Shown: positions 27,929-37,365, counted from the stretch's first letter. The stretch is DNA of 53,421 bases from an uncultured Planctomycetia bacterium (GCA_964373055.1 CAYJTM010000002.1:1-53421); one strand, 5' to 3'. A program made the numbers and translations. The notes: generated by a model from the letters alone, not told the origin.

Positions 27929-28045
27929 CTCGGGCGACGACCTACTCTTCCGTTCAGTTACTCAGGCTTTACCATCGGCCCTGGGAGGCGTAACGGTCGT
28001 GCCCGGAATAGGGAAGGCATTCCAGTTGGGACCAATTTGGGTTGA
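27929..28045 (-). pseudogene. degenerate 5S rRNA-like segment (3' about 100 nt), overlapping the sulfatase-like gene 3' end
   Basis: The minus strand reads ...GGTCCCAACTGG..TTCCCTATTCCGGGCACGACCGTTACGCC..GGCCGATGGTA..GGAAGAGTAGGTCGTCGCCCGAG, resembling the 5S consensus. The 5' helix I partner and helix IV pairing are absent. Confidence 0.3.
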
Positions 28046-29885
28046 GTTTTGTCAATTTTTCGATAAGCTGGTTGGTTCGTTCAGGATACTTTGCGGCAAG
28101 GTTGGTTTTCTCGGCAGGATCCCGACGCAAATCGTAGAGCGCAAAGCTCGCCTTTCCCTTCGTGACACTTGCGTAGATCTGGTATCTTCCCCAACGCAGC
28201 CCCTGAACGGACGTGGAGGAAGCATGATAAATGGGGCGAGGCTCCTCCTGCCCAAACCCCCGGACCATCCGACTCACGTCTTTTCCGTCAAGTGACGGAT
28301 CACGAGCGAGACCAGCCAACGCCAGGAAGGTGGGAAGCAGATCGATGAGTTGAATGGGAGCATCAATCCACTGAAGCTTTTTTTGATGGGGAATGCGAAT
28401 CATCAGGGGGACATGAGTGACGCCGCGGTGAAATGCCTCGGCATGACCCATGAGTCCGTGTTCACCAAACTCCTCACCATGATCGGCCGTGATGACAACC
28501 ACGGTACGCTCCCAATCTTCCCTTTGTTTCAGCGAGGTGAGAATCTCCCGAATCTTCGAATCGGCGTAGGAAATGTCCAGATCATAAGCCTCGATATACT
28601 GTTCTACCTCTCTTCTGTCCCGGGCCGGGGCGTCCAGTTTACACAAAGAGTACTTCTCATTTCCAATAGGCCCCAGCTTGAAACCCTGGGTATCCCCATA
28701 AGGCGCATGAACCGACATCAGGTGCAGGTAGGCAATCCAAGGCTCGCGGGGCGGGAGGCGATCCACCCATTTCAAGAAAGCATCCCGAAGCTCGTCGTCT
28801 TTAATCCATCTGGGCCGCGGCTTTTCTGCGTTCGAGAAAAATCCCCAATATTCGAACGGCACCGCCATACGATGAAGGTATTTGTGACCCCGGACTTGTC
28901 TTAAGATCCATCCGGCGACCAAAAAGTTTTCGAAAAATAAAGTGTGCTTCGGCTCCAGGAATTCGTTTGCCTGCTGAGGTACGCCGTGTTCGGTCGACGC
29001 GTAGGGATTCGCCACGAACCATCCGGTTTGGTATCCGGCTTGGTGGAATCTTTCAAAGAGGGTGGCCTCGTCTGCCGACAGGATCTTATTTCTACCGTAG
29101 GTCTTGGGAGCAAGTTTTCCGGTGACAATATTCTGGACGGAGGGCCTTGTCCAGGTTGCGTTGGCCTGGCAGTCTCGGAAGACCCAAGATCCCTCTCTGG
29201 AAAACTCGTCAATGAACGGAGTGGTGGGCTTCGGGTAACCGTAAAGCGACATGTGGTCAGGGCGCAGGGCGTCGATCACTAAAATCAGGATATTGGAGGA
29301 ACGGCCTGCTCTGGCCGAGCGAGCTTGGGATCCCCAGAAAGATTCTCCCCAGCCTGTTTTTTGGATAACCGTCGCCATCCAGCCAAAAAATACTGCTGCA
29401 AGGACAAGGCAATTCAGAATTTGGAGTTGGTGAGCAAGCCGCTTCTTCCGGGCGCATAGCCCGAGCCACCCTCGTTGAATCCCACCAAAAACATACCAAC
29501 CCACGACGCTCAAGACAAGAAGGGCAAACCCCAGGAGACGGAGAGACATAAACGGAGGCTGTTTCATCATCCGAGCCACGGCCAGGATGGCAAATCCAAT
29601 GGTGAGCGCTCCCAGGACCCGGGAGATCTGATGAAGGTCAGAATCCTGCAGATACCGGCGGTTGAGGATGCGACGCGTGAAGAAAAATCCAAGGGTGATG
29701 ATGAGGCCGAAGACGAACCAAAGTCCTCCCGAAAAAAAGAGGAGGGGAAAATTCCAGAAGATTTCCTTCAGAGGGGTATTTTCCAACAGAGCCCATTCCC
29801 AAAGACCCTCCAAGATTCCCAGAAGAAAGGCTGTTTGAAGAGCGGAGAAAAAGAAAGTACGCGCAGAGATTAGTGAGGACTTCAT
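27969..29885 (-). CDS. membrane-anchored sulfatase-like (alkaline phosphatase superfamily) hydrolase/transferase
   Basis: N-terminal multi-TM domain; ILILVIDALRPDH; ATWTRPSVQNIVTG (Thr where sulfatases carry Cys/Ser); ITADHGEEFGEHG. ATGA overlap with the upstream chrA. Confidence 0.85.
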   Translation of the reverse strand: MKSSLISARTFFFSALQTAFLLGILEGLWEWALLENTPLKEIFWNFPLLFFSGGLWFVFGLIITLGFFFTRRILNRRYLQDSDLHQISRVLGALTIGFAILAVARMMKQPPFMSLRLLGFALLVLSVVGWYVFGGIQRGWLGLCARKKRLAHQLQILNCLVLAAVFFGWMATVIQKTGWGESFWGSQARSARAGRSSNILILVIDALRPDHMSLYGYPKPTTPFIDEFSREGSWVFRDCQANATWTRPSVQNIVTGKLAPKTYGRNKILSADEATLFERFHQAGYQTGWFVANPYASTEHGVPQQANEFLEPKHTLFFENFLVAGWILRQVRGHKYLHRMAVPFEYWGFFSNAEKPRPRWIKDDELRDAFLKWVDRLPPREPWIAYLHLMSVHAPYGDTQGFKLGPIGNEKYSLCKLDAPARDRREVEQYIEAYDLDISYADSKIREILTSLKQREDWERTVVVITADHGEEFGEHGLMGHAEAFHRGVTHVPLMIRIPHQKKLQWIDAPIQLIDLLPTFLALAGLARDPSLDGKDVSRMVRGFGQEEPRPIYHASSTSVQGLRWGRYQIYASVTKGKASFALYDLRRDPAEKTNLAAKYPERTNQLIEKLTKLNPNWSQLECLPYSGHDRYASQGRW

Positions 29886-30400
29886 TTCATGAGACAGCTG
29901 ATAACGATGGTTGACAAAATGATCGGGGCGGGGTTCACGCGCCAACGGAGGACGAACCAAAGAGTTAAGGCAATCACCGCTGCATCAAGTCGAGTCAATC
30001 CCTTTTCGGCTAATAGATTCCAAGCTAATGCGGCAAGGAGCCCGGGAATGGCCAGGCGGAGATCTTTCAAGACATGATGCAATAAGGGCAGTTCGCGCCA
30101 CCGTTGATACACAAAACCTACCAGTCCCGTCCACAAGAGTCCTGGAACAACCAGAAAAATACCCACCCCAATAGCTCCGATCCATCCGGCCCATTTCACA
30201 CCAACAAATACCATTCCAAGGATGACGGGGCCGGGGGTCGCCTGACCCAGAGCAACAGCGTAAATAAATTCCTCTCTCGTCAACCAAGGGTTCTGGGTCA
30301 CCAATTCATGGGAAAAGGCCGGCAGCATTGCCGTGGCCCCTCCGGCCGTCAGCGCAGCAACCTTGAGGCAACTAATTAGCAGTGATAGGAGATTTCCCAC
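29882..30400 (-). CDS. chrA: chromate transporter family protein (half-size, second of pair)
   Basis: GGATAMLPAFSHELV...WLTREEFIYAVALGQATPGPV. Confidence 0.85.
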   Translation of the reverse strand: MGNLLSLLISCLKVAALTAGGATAMLPAFSHELVTQNPWLTREEFIYAVALGQATPGPVILGMVFVGVKWAGWIGAIGVGIFLVVPGLLWTGLVGFVYQRWRELPLLHHVLKDLRLAIPGLLAALAWNLLAEKGLTRLDAAVIALTLWFVLRWRVNPAPIILSTIVISCLMK

Positions 30401-30890
30401 GTCGTAATCGTCTCAAGGTATAGGCGGCAGCGCTGTAACAACCCAAACACCAAAGAAAAAGGAGAGGTGAAAAATTCAGAATCAGGGCTACAAAGGCCAA
30501 GCTACAAATCAACCAGTCCCTCCAGTGCATGAGGCGGGATTTCCCCAGATTCCAAGCGGTCGTAAAAAGGAGTGCCCCTACGAGGGGATTCAAGAGAAGC
30601 GCTATTTTCTCGGGATTTAACTTGAAACCTTTTTGGAAATAAAGAAAGCTCGCCAGGGTGATGAGCAAAAAGGAGGGGAGGGTGAAACAGCTGACGGCCA
30701 CCACCGTGCCTCTCCAACTTCTGAGGATATAACCTACGCATGCGGTAACCTTCAAGGTCACGGGACCGGGAACGACTTCGGCCAGTGCCACCGCGTCTAC
30801 AAACCGCCGGCGGCTGAGCCAGTTGCGTTTCTCAACCAGGGTTTCTTCCATCAAAGGAAGCATTGAACCACCAAAGCTCGTTGCACCCAA
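30372..30890 (-). CDS. chrA: chromate transporter family protein (half-size, first of pair); true start probably upstream
   Basis: GATSFGGSMLPLMEETLV...WLSRRRFVDAVALAEVVPGPV. ChrA-like sequence (VDLIELASVFLY) continues upstream of the TTG at 30890. Confidence 0.85.
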   Translation of the reverse strand: MGATSFGGSMLPLMEETLVEKRNWLSRRRFVDAVALAEVVPGPVTLKVTACVGYILRSWRGTVVAVSCFTLPSFLLITLASFLYFQKGFKLNPEKIALLLNPLVGALLFTTAWNLGKSRLMHWRDWLICSLAFVALILNFSPLLFLWCLGCYSAAAYTLRRLRRGKSPITAN

Positions 30891-31007
30891 ATAAAGAAAT
30901 ACCGACGCGAGCTCGATGAGGTCAACCCTCTTTCGCGGTTGCCACCCCTTAACCGGTGTCAGGGCAATGTTCCCTCCTCGCCTTCAGTTTGAACTCTCGT
31001 CACCCTG

Positions 31008-32153
31008 TCAGTCCAGAAGGAGTTCCAGGCCATGACGCAAATGCGTGGAAATAAACTTGGAGCTGCTCTCAGGCCGGGCGGATTTACTGATGAGGATTCG
31101 CCGGTCCGCCTTAATCAAATCCGCGACGGTGTTTAAGCGATTCATATCCTCCACGCCGGGAGCGCTGGTCAGCCTGAACTCAAAGGCCCACAAGCCTTTT
31201 CTGAATTTCAAAACCAGGCCCACTTCGCGACCGTCGTTTGTTCTGAAAAAGTAAGCGTCAAAATCTTCGCCCACGGTCTTGAGGGTGGCCAAGATCTGGT
31301 TGATGCACCAGCCCTCCCAGCTTGCTCCCACCCACGGTTGGGACAGAAGCCCTTCCAAGTTGGAGACCCCCAGAAGGGCATGCAGGAGGCCGCTGTCTCG
31401 CCAGAAGATTTTCGGGCTTTTGACTAATCTTTTCCGGATGTTCGCGTGATAAGGGGCGAGTGAAAGAATTAAGTAGGTGTCTTGGAGATACTCCAGATAG
31501 TGATTCACGGTATGATAACTGAGTCCAAGGCTCGCCCCGATCTTCGACGCGTTCCAAATTTGCCCATGGCACGCGGCCAACATTTTAAAAAACCTCAAGG
31601 TCGTTTGCGGTTTAGCGGGGAGTCCCCAGGCCGGCAAATCCCGCTCAGCCAGCAAAGACAGATAATTCCTTTCCCACACCGGGAAATTCTTCTTCTTCAG
31701 GATGCCCCCGTCAGGGAATCCGCCTCTCAGCCACGCTTCATTCGGATCCCGTTTCTTTCCCAGCTCCGTTAGGAGCAAGGGGTGAAGCTCGCAAACGGCC
31801 AACCTTCCAGCCAAGGATTCGGAAACGTTTTTCATGAGCCCAGGCGCGACGGAACCCAGCAAAAGAAATCGGCCATTTCGTTCGCGCTTCGCGTCAATGG
31901 CTCCTCGGATTCTCGGGAAAACGCTGGGTAAAACCTGGGCCTCGTCCAGAATGAGGAGCTCTTTGGAATGGACTAAGGAATCCCACTGCAAATCCAGCCG
32001 CAGCTGCTCTTCCGGCTGTTCCAAGTCAAAGTAGTGTGCGGAGCGGGTTTTTGCGAGCGTGGTTTTGCCTGACTGGCGGGGACCCAAGAGAGCCACAGCG
32101 GGGAATTGTTTTAACCGGTCCGAAAGCTGACGGGCCAACCGTCGCTTGATCAT
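31008..32153 (-). CDS. AAA-family ATPase with DUF4143 domain
   Basis: Walker A LLGPRQSGKTTLAK, Walker B LLILDEAQ, and a DUF4143-like C-terminal half. Confidence 0.85.
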   Translation of the reverse strand: MIKRRLARQLSDRLKQFPAVALLGPRQSGKTTLAKTRSAHYFDLEQPEEQLRLDLQWDSLVHSKELLILDEAQVLPSVFPRIRGAIDAKRERNGRFLLLGSVAPGLMKNVSESLAGRLAVCELHPLLLTELGKKRDPNEAWLRGGFPDGGILKKKNFPVWERNYLSLLAERDLPAWGLPAKPQTTLRFFKMLAACHGQIWNASKIGASLGLSYHTVNHYLEYLQDTYLILSLAPYHANIRKRLVKSPKIFWRDSGLLHALLGVSNLEGLLSQPWVGASWEGWCINQILATLKTVGEDFDAYFFRTNDGREVGLVLKFRKGLWAFEFRLTSAPGVEDMNRLNTVADLIKADRRILISKSARPESSSKFISTHLRHGLELLLD

Positions 32154-32235
32154 GTATTGTATTATAGATATTTATTTCTATTTTGCAATCAACAAAACCG
32201 AGGATCTGACGCGGCTACTGTGGGGGGTGAGGGAG

Positions 32236-32317
32236 TGCGGAAGGAGAGATTTGAACTCTCAAGGGTTTCCCCGCGGGCTTCTGAGACCCGAGCGTATGCC
32301 AGTTCCGCCACTTCCGC
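32236..32317 (-). tRNA. tRNA-Leu (anticodon CAG), CCA not encoded
   Basis: Hand-folded: GCGGAAG acceptor, anticodon stem CGGGT/GCCCG with loop CTCAGAA, 13-nt variable arm, T-arm GAGAG-TTCAAAT-CTCTC. Confidence 0.9.
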
Positions 32318-32403
32318 GAGTCTCTATAATATAACGCCCCACCCGAAGGATGGAAGGGAATAATTCTGTTTCTGTATATTATAAAAATGTATAATATAGA
32401 GAA

Positions 32404-33033
32404 ATGAGATATGGAGCGTTCAAGCAGAGGATAAGGGGCTTTCCTGTTTTTTCTTCCAGCATGTTGGGCGTTCTCACCCGCAAGGTGGAGCCGCTCCGCG
32501 TGCAGCTCTCGCTTTGGAAGAAGAAAGGGCTACTCCGCTCCTTGCGAAGAGGGCTTTACGTTTTAAGTCCAGAGGAAAGGCAGGTTGAGCCCTCCCTCTT
32601 TTATCTGGCCAATCAGATTTTCGGTCCCTCTTATGTGAGCTTAGAATCGGCCCTTGCCCATTACGGGCTTATCCCTGAGTTTGTTGCCGAGACAACCTCC
32701 GTGACGGTCAGAAAAACCTGTCGCTTTGAAAATGATTTCGGAGTCTTCAGGTATCAGCGCATTCTCCCCGGAGCCTTCAATGGCTTCGAGTCTTTGAAGG
32801 AATCCGAAAAATCCTCCGTGCTGATCGCTCTTCCAGAGAAAGCGGTCGTCGATTTCTTTTATCTGAACCTGTCCCGATTCCATGCCATGGATCGACGGAT
32901 CTTCACGGAGTCGTATCGTTTTCAGAATTTTGAGAAGTTGAGCGCCAAGAAGCTCAAGGCGTACGCGAAGCGGTTTGGGTCGCGCAAGCTTCTTCAGGTC
33001 GTTGAGTCCTTTGTGGATGCGGTCCTGTCATGA
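32404..33033 (+). CDS. abiEi: AbiEi-family antitoxin / transcriptional regulator (type IV TA)
   Basis: LSLWKKKGLLRSLRRGLYVL...PSYVSLESALAHYGLIPE. 4-nt overlap with the downstream toxin gene. Confidence 0.85.
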   Translation: MRYGAFKQRIRGFPVFSSSMLGVLTRKVEPLRVQLSLWKKKGLLRSLRRGLYVLSPEERQVEPSLFYLANQIFGPSYVSLESALAHYGLIPEFVAETTSVTVRKTCRFENDFGVFRYQRILPGAFNGFESLKESEKSSVLIALPEKAVVDFFYLNLSRFHAMDRRIFTESYRFQNFEKLSAKKLKAYAKRFGSRKLLQVVESFVDAVLS

Positions 33034-33833
33034 GGGATTTGATTGGGAAGGAATTGGCCAAGGAGCCGAGGGAACCCTTGAAGCGGCTCCTTCTGGCCGA
33101 GTTTTTGCAGCATCTCCTCTTGCAGAGCCTGTACCGCCATGGGGCCTTTAAAAACCTTGTCTTCACCGGCGGGACCGCCTTGCGGGTTCTTTACCGCACC
33201 CACCGTTATTCGGAAGATCTGGATTTTTCACTGGTGCGGCGGGAAGGTTTTAAGTTCCCGGCGCTCCTTAAGAAGCTTCAGGGGGATCTCTCGATGCAGC
33301 AGCTTTATTTCGATTTTTATCCCAAGGAGGAGAAGGCCGTTGCCAAGGCGGATGTCCGGTTTCCGGGCCTCCTGAAGGAGTTGGGCATTTCCCCCCTCAA
33401 GGATCAGAAATTGACGGTCAAGGTGGAGGTGGATAAAAACCCTCCTCGGGGAGGGGCAACGGAAATTGCGCTAGTGACTTCTCCGGTTTCCTATCAAGTC
33501 AGGGTGTTCGACCTGCCGTCGCTTTTCGCGACAAAGCTCCACGCCCTCTTCTTCCGCCGGTACGTGAAGGGAAGGGATTACTACGATCTCCTCTGGTTTC
33601 TTGGAAAGAATGTGAAACCAAATCTCCCCCTGCTGAACAACGCCATTCGCCAGACAGAGGGGAAAGGCCAGGAGATCAAAGAAGGCAGGTGGAAACATCG
33701 CCTCATCGGGCATTTGGAATCTGTGGATTTTGCCATGGTTCGTTCGGAGGTGGAGCGTTTCCTTCCGGATCGGGGAGAACTCCGGTTTCTTAACCCCCAA
33801 TCACTCCAGAGCCTGCTTCGGAATTATGAGTAA
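33030..33833 (+). CDS. abiEii: AbiEii/AbiGii-family nucleotidyltransferase toxin (DUF1814)
   Basis: FTGGTALRVLYRTHRYSEDLDFSL motif. Confidence 0.9.
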   Translation: MRDLIGKELAKEPREPLKRLLLAEFLQHLLLQSLYRHGAFKNLVFTGGTALRVLYRTHRYSEDLDFSLVRREGFKFPALLKKLQGDLSMQQLYFDFYPKEEKAVAKADVRFPGLLKELGISPLKDQKLTVKVEVDKNPPRGGATEIALVTSPVSYQVRVFDLPSLFATKLHALFFRRYVKGRDYYDLLWFLGKNVKPNLPLLNNAIRQTEGKGQEIKEGRWKHRLIGHLESVDFAMVRSEVERFLPDRGELRFLNPQSLQSLLRNYE

Positions 33834-35224
33834 TGTTTCCGGTCCAGCAGCCCTTTTTTCTCCAGCACGATCGCGAACGCTTCCACCACCTCGGGGCGGA
33901 ACTGGGTTCCGGCCCCCCGGCGCAGCTCGGCCATCGCCTGCGCCGTGGGCATCGCGTGGCGGTAAGGGCGGTGGCTGGTCATCGCATCGTAGGCGTCGGC
34001 CACCGAGACGATCGCGACCAGGTCGGAGATCTTGGAGCGGTCCAGCCCCCGCGGGTACCCCGCGCCGTCCTCCCGCTCATGATGGCTGGCGATCAGCTCC
34101 AGCTCCTCGGAAGTGAGGTCCAAGGGGCTAAGGATTTTCGCTCCGATGGATGGGTGCTGCTGGATGGAGCGCCGTTCCTCCGGGTTCAGGGCGGAGGGTT
34201 TCGACAGCGTGGCGTCATGGACGCCGATCTTCCCGATGTCGTGCAGAAGACTCAAACGCTCCAGCATGTCGATCTCCCGCGCCGGTTTCGCCAGCGCCTT
34301 CGCGATCTCGGTCGCGTAGCCCACGACCGACACCGAATGGCCGCGCGTGTAGGGGTCTTTGGCCTCCAGCGCGGTCATCAAACTCTGGATCGTCCTGAGG
34401 AAGGCGGCCCTCAGCTCGGCCCGCGCCGATTCCAGGCCTCTCGTCATCCGGTTGAAAGCGGCCGCCGCCTCTTGAAACTCGTCCCCGGTGAAGATCTCCA
34501 CCCGCTGGCTCAGGTTCCCTTCCTCCACCTCTTTCATGCCACCGACCAGGCGGCTTAAGGGGTGGGCGATGGTCCGTCCCACCCCCGCGCCTCCCAGCAG
34601 TCCAAGAACCAGCACGACCGGCAAGCTGATCAGAAGAAATTGGACGAAACTCTGGCGCAGCCGGTAAAGCTCCCGGTCGTAGACATCCACGCCCAGCAGA
34701 GCCACCACCTCGCCGGCCCGGTTCCGGACCGGGGCGTATCCGGAGATGGAAACTCCCCAGGGGTCTTTGACCTCCTTGCGATCGGCCGTTGGGATTTTGA
34801 ATCCTTCCCACAGGTCCGGGATCGCGGCCGCGTTGTACGGCCGGCCCGGCACCTTCGATCCGCCGCCGCCAACATCCCCCACGAACAGCGTTTGCCCGGG
34901 CTTGCGGCCCGGGACCATGGTCCAGACATAGCGGACGCCGGGGTTGGCGCTCAGGATCTGCTTGAGCCGGGTTTGGAGCTGCTGGTAGGCGGGAAGGGAA
35001 GTAGAGGAGGGACGCGGAGGGATCGAGGCATGAAGATCCCCGTCAATGGAAAAGGCCGCCGTGGAGGCGATGCCGGTGACGGCGCGGCGGAGACTTTCCC
35101 TCTGCTCCGCGTAGAGCCGGGGGTAGGTGAGGCCGGCCAGCAACAGCACGACGCCGAGCTCCAGCAGCAGGATCAGGAACGTCACCTTCCGTTGGAATCT
35201 CATCGTTGGGGGACAGAATAGCAC
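33824..35224 (-). CDS. HD-GYP domain c-di-GMP phosphodiesterase with periplasmic sensor and HAMP domains
   Basis: LHDIGKIGV, HHEREDGAGYPRGL, a HAMP-like segment, and two TM helices. ATG at 35203 is an alternative start. Confidence 0.9.
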   Translation of the reverse strand: MLFCPPTMRFQRKVTFLILLLELGVVLLLAGLTYPRLYAEQRESLRRAVTGIASTAAFSIDGDLHASIPPRPSSTSLPAYQQLQTRLKQILSANPGVRYVWTMVPGRKPGQTLFVGDVGGGGSKVPGRPYNAAAIPDLWEGFKIPTADRKEVKDPWGVSISGYAPVRNRAGEVVALLGVDVYDRELYRLRQSFVQFLLISLPVVLVLGLLGGAGVGRTIAHPLSRLVGGMKEVEEGNLSQRVEIFTGDEFQEAAAAFNRMTRGLESARAELRAAFLRTIQSLMTALEAKDPYTRGHSVSVVGYATEIAKALAKPAREIDMLERLSLLHDIGKIGVHDATLSKPSALNPEERRSIQQHPSIGAKILSPLDLTSEELELIASHHEREDGAGYPRGLDRSKISDLVAIVSVADAYDAMTSHRPYRHAMPTAQAMAELRRGAGTQFRPEVVEAFAIVLEKKGLLDRKHYS

Positions 35225-35254
35225 CTTTACCGGCGGTCTGATAGACTGTTTCGC

Positions 35255-35959
35255 ATGCGCTTGGAACCGGTAAACGTCTCTGTGATTGTCCCGGTGTGCA
35301 ATGAGGCGCAGGTTCTCCCCGGTACCCTAAGGGAAATGATCCCGGAACTCAGAGCCTTGAAGGTTCCCTTCGAGGTGGTCCTCTGTGAGAACGGAAGTTC
35401 GGACGCCACGTTTGTCGCTGCCAAGGAGCTGCAGACCGGCAACCCCGAGCTGCGGATCGAGCGGATTGCCGCGCGGGACAAAGGTTTGGCGCTTCGGCGA
35501 GCGATCGCCGCCGCCGGCGGAAGCATCCTGGTTTTCTTTGATGCCGAATACTGGAGCGTGGATTTTATTCGGGAGGGGTTTCGGCAGCTCGAATCCTGTG
35601 ACGGGGTGATCGGTTCCAAATCGATGAGTGGGGCAAAGGACGGTCGTCCCTTCCTCCGCAAGGCGGTCACCCGGATCTACAACGCTTTCCTGAGGGCGTT
35701 CTTCGGACTCCGCGGGACCGAGACCCGCGGCTTGATGATGTTCAAAAGGGCGGCCCTCTCTCAAATCCTCCCCCACTGCGTCACCCGTCAGTTTGTGTTC
35801 GAAACGGAGTTGGTTCTCCGCGCCCAGCGGATGGGGCTCAGGATTGTCGAGATCCCGTCCCAGGTGCGCGAGCTCCGTCCCCACGGCGTCGGTGCGCTGT
35901 TCGGACGTGTTCCCGGAGTCCTATGGAACCTCGGAAAACTTCGCCTCGCGCTGAAGTGA
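35255..35959 (+). CDS. GT2 glycosyltransferase (polyprenyl-phosphate sugar synthase-like)
   Basis: VSVIVPVCNEAQ..., FFDAEY (DxD-like). Confidence 0.85.
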   Translation: MRLEPVNVSVIVPVCNEAQVLPGTLREMIPELRALKVPFEVVLCENGSSDATFVAAKELQTGNPELRIERIAARDKGLALRRAIAAAGGSILVFFDAEYWSVDFIREGFRQLESCDGVIGSKSMSGAKDGRPFLRKAVTRIYNAFLRAFFGLRGTETRGLMMFKRAALSQILPHCVTRQFVFETELVLRAQRMGLRIVEIPSQVRELRPHGVGALFGRVPGVLWNLGKLRLALK

Positions 35960-37365
35960 GATTCTTTCTCCTGCTGTTTGCGTTCTCCCTGTATCTCTGC
36001 TTCTTCAAGATCCCATTTCCGGCGGTGGACGATCTTTGCTTCAAGGAAGCGGCGTACCGGCTGAGCCAGGGTTTGGGTTTTTCCGCCCCGGGTATACAGG
36101 GGAGGTACCCCGGTTCCGAAAGGCTGTTTGCCTTTTATCCGCCGGTGCATTCCTTCCTCCTTGGGGGCTGGTTCCTCACATTCGGGTTTTCTTTGGGGAG
36201 CAGTCTCCTGTTTTCGCTGCTCCTCTGCGGAGCGATCGCGCTGTTCTGCGTCCGGCTCTGCCGGGGCGCCCCGGGCGATTCTCCGCCCAAGATCATCTAT
36301 GGGCTGGCGTTTGTGGCCTGGACGCTGGCGCTTTCCGGCATCCATCGCCCCGATCCCCTCTATGTGCTGTTCGGGTTGATACTCCTCTGGATGTTCGATA
36401 AGAGATTGCCGTGCCCCCCGGGGGATTGGTCTACCCACCTGTTCTGTGTTCTCCTGGTCGCCCTGGGCGTTGGGACCTCTCCTGGGATGGGAGTCTTCAT
36501 GCTTCCCTATTTCGCGGTGATCTTTACCGCGGCCTCCGGCTTCACCCGGAAATCCTTCCTCCTCTTTTTGGGTGATGCCTTTCTGGGAGTGGTGTTGGCC
36601 CTGTGCGCGTGGGCTTGGGTGGTTCGGGCAGAGCCCCAGTTGTTCTGGGATCATTTCCTCCACAGGGCCCTGACGCTTCGGGTTGGGGAGGGGAATCCCC
36701 GTCTGTTTCTCTGCCTTCCGCTCATGTTTTTTCTTTTCCTGGTTGCCTTGGGAAAGAAAGCCCTCCTGCTCCAACTGTGGGTTCTCTTGGGCCTCTGGAT
36801 CTTTTTTTTCTTTGTGAGGACAAAGGGAACCTATCTGACCATGATTCACATCACTCTCATCGTCCTGTGCGGGAAAGTGTTTTCCCATTGGCTCCTCACG
36901 ATCAAAGGTCTCTTCCTTCGGCGGTTGTGGCGCGGGGTTGCTTGGTCGGGAATTTTCTTGGCGGTGTTGCCATTTGTGAGGATGGCCGCGATGCCGCTCA
37001 CTTGGAATTCATCCGATTCTTACGGCTATAATAGAGGGAGGATCCTGAGCCAGATTCCCCGGGGAGCAGCGGTGCTGTCGGACGTTCAGTTTTGGTATAT
37101 TCTGGCGCCGGGGCACCGAGTTTATGACGCTTATTTCTCGCCCTCCATGATCTTTAGATCCGAGTATGTTCTGCTGGGGGGCGCGGGATCGGGGCGGCCC
37201 GGGGTGGCTCGGCTGCCCTTTTCCGGCGCCGCGCGGAAATATTTCGACCAGAATTTTGTTCGGAAAGATTCAACCCTCTTGGATGTTCCCAATCAACTTT
37301 GGGGGTTGCCGCTGGCGAGATCCCGGTGGAGTTATCGGTATGATCTCTACGAAAGGCAAGGTTGA
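35923..37365 (+). CDS. polytopic membrane protein, probable GT-C fold glycosyltransferase (ArnT/PMT-like)
   Basis: More than 10 TM helices and a first-loop VDDLCFKEAAY motif. Paired with the GT2. Confidence 0.55.
   Translation: MEPRKTSPRAEVRFFLLLFAFSLYLCFFKIPFPAVDDLCFKEAAYRLSQGLGFSAPGIQGRYPGSERLFAFYPPVHSFLLGGWFLTFGFSLGSSLLFSLLLCGAIALFCVRLCRGAPGDSPPKIIYGLAFVAWTLALSGIHRPDPLYVLFGLILLWMFDKRLPCPPGDWSTHLFCVLLVALGVGTSPGMGVFMLPYFAVIFTAASGFTRKSFLLFLGDAFLGVVLALCAWAWVVRAEPQLFWDHFLHRALTLRVGEGNPRLFLCLPLMFFLFLVALGKKALLLQLWVLLGLWIFFFFVRTKGTYLTMIHITLIVLCGKVFSHWLLTIKGLFLRRLWRGVAWSGIFLAVLPFVRMAAMPLTWNSSDSYGYNRGRILSQIPRGAAVLSDVQFWYILAPGHRVYDAYFSPSMIFRSEYVLLGGAGSGRPGVARLPFSGAARKYFDQNFVRKDSTLLDVPNQLWGLPLARSRWSYRYDLYERQG

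Noticed and set aside
30988-30998. An 11-nt match (TTTGAACTCTC) to the T-arm of tRNA-Leu (32250-32260), which could mark an att-like direct repeat flanking the DUF4143 ATPase gene.
   Set aside because: The match covers the 5' T-stem and loop rather than the tRNA 3' end used by integrases. It does not extend further, and no integrase is present. It may be chance or an old relic.
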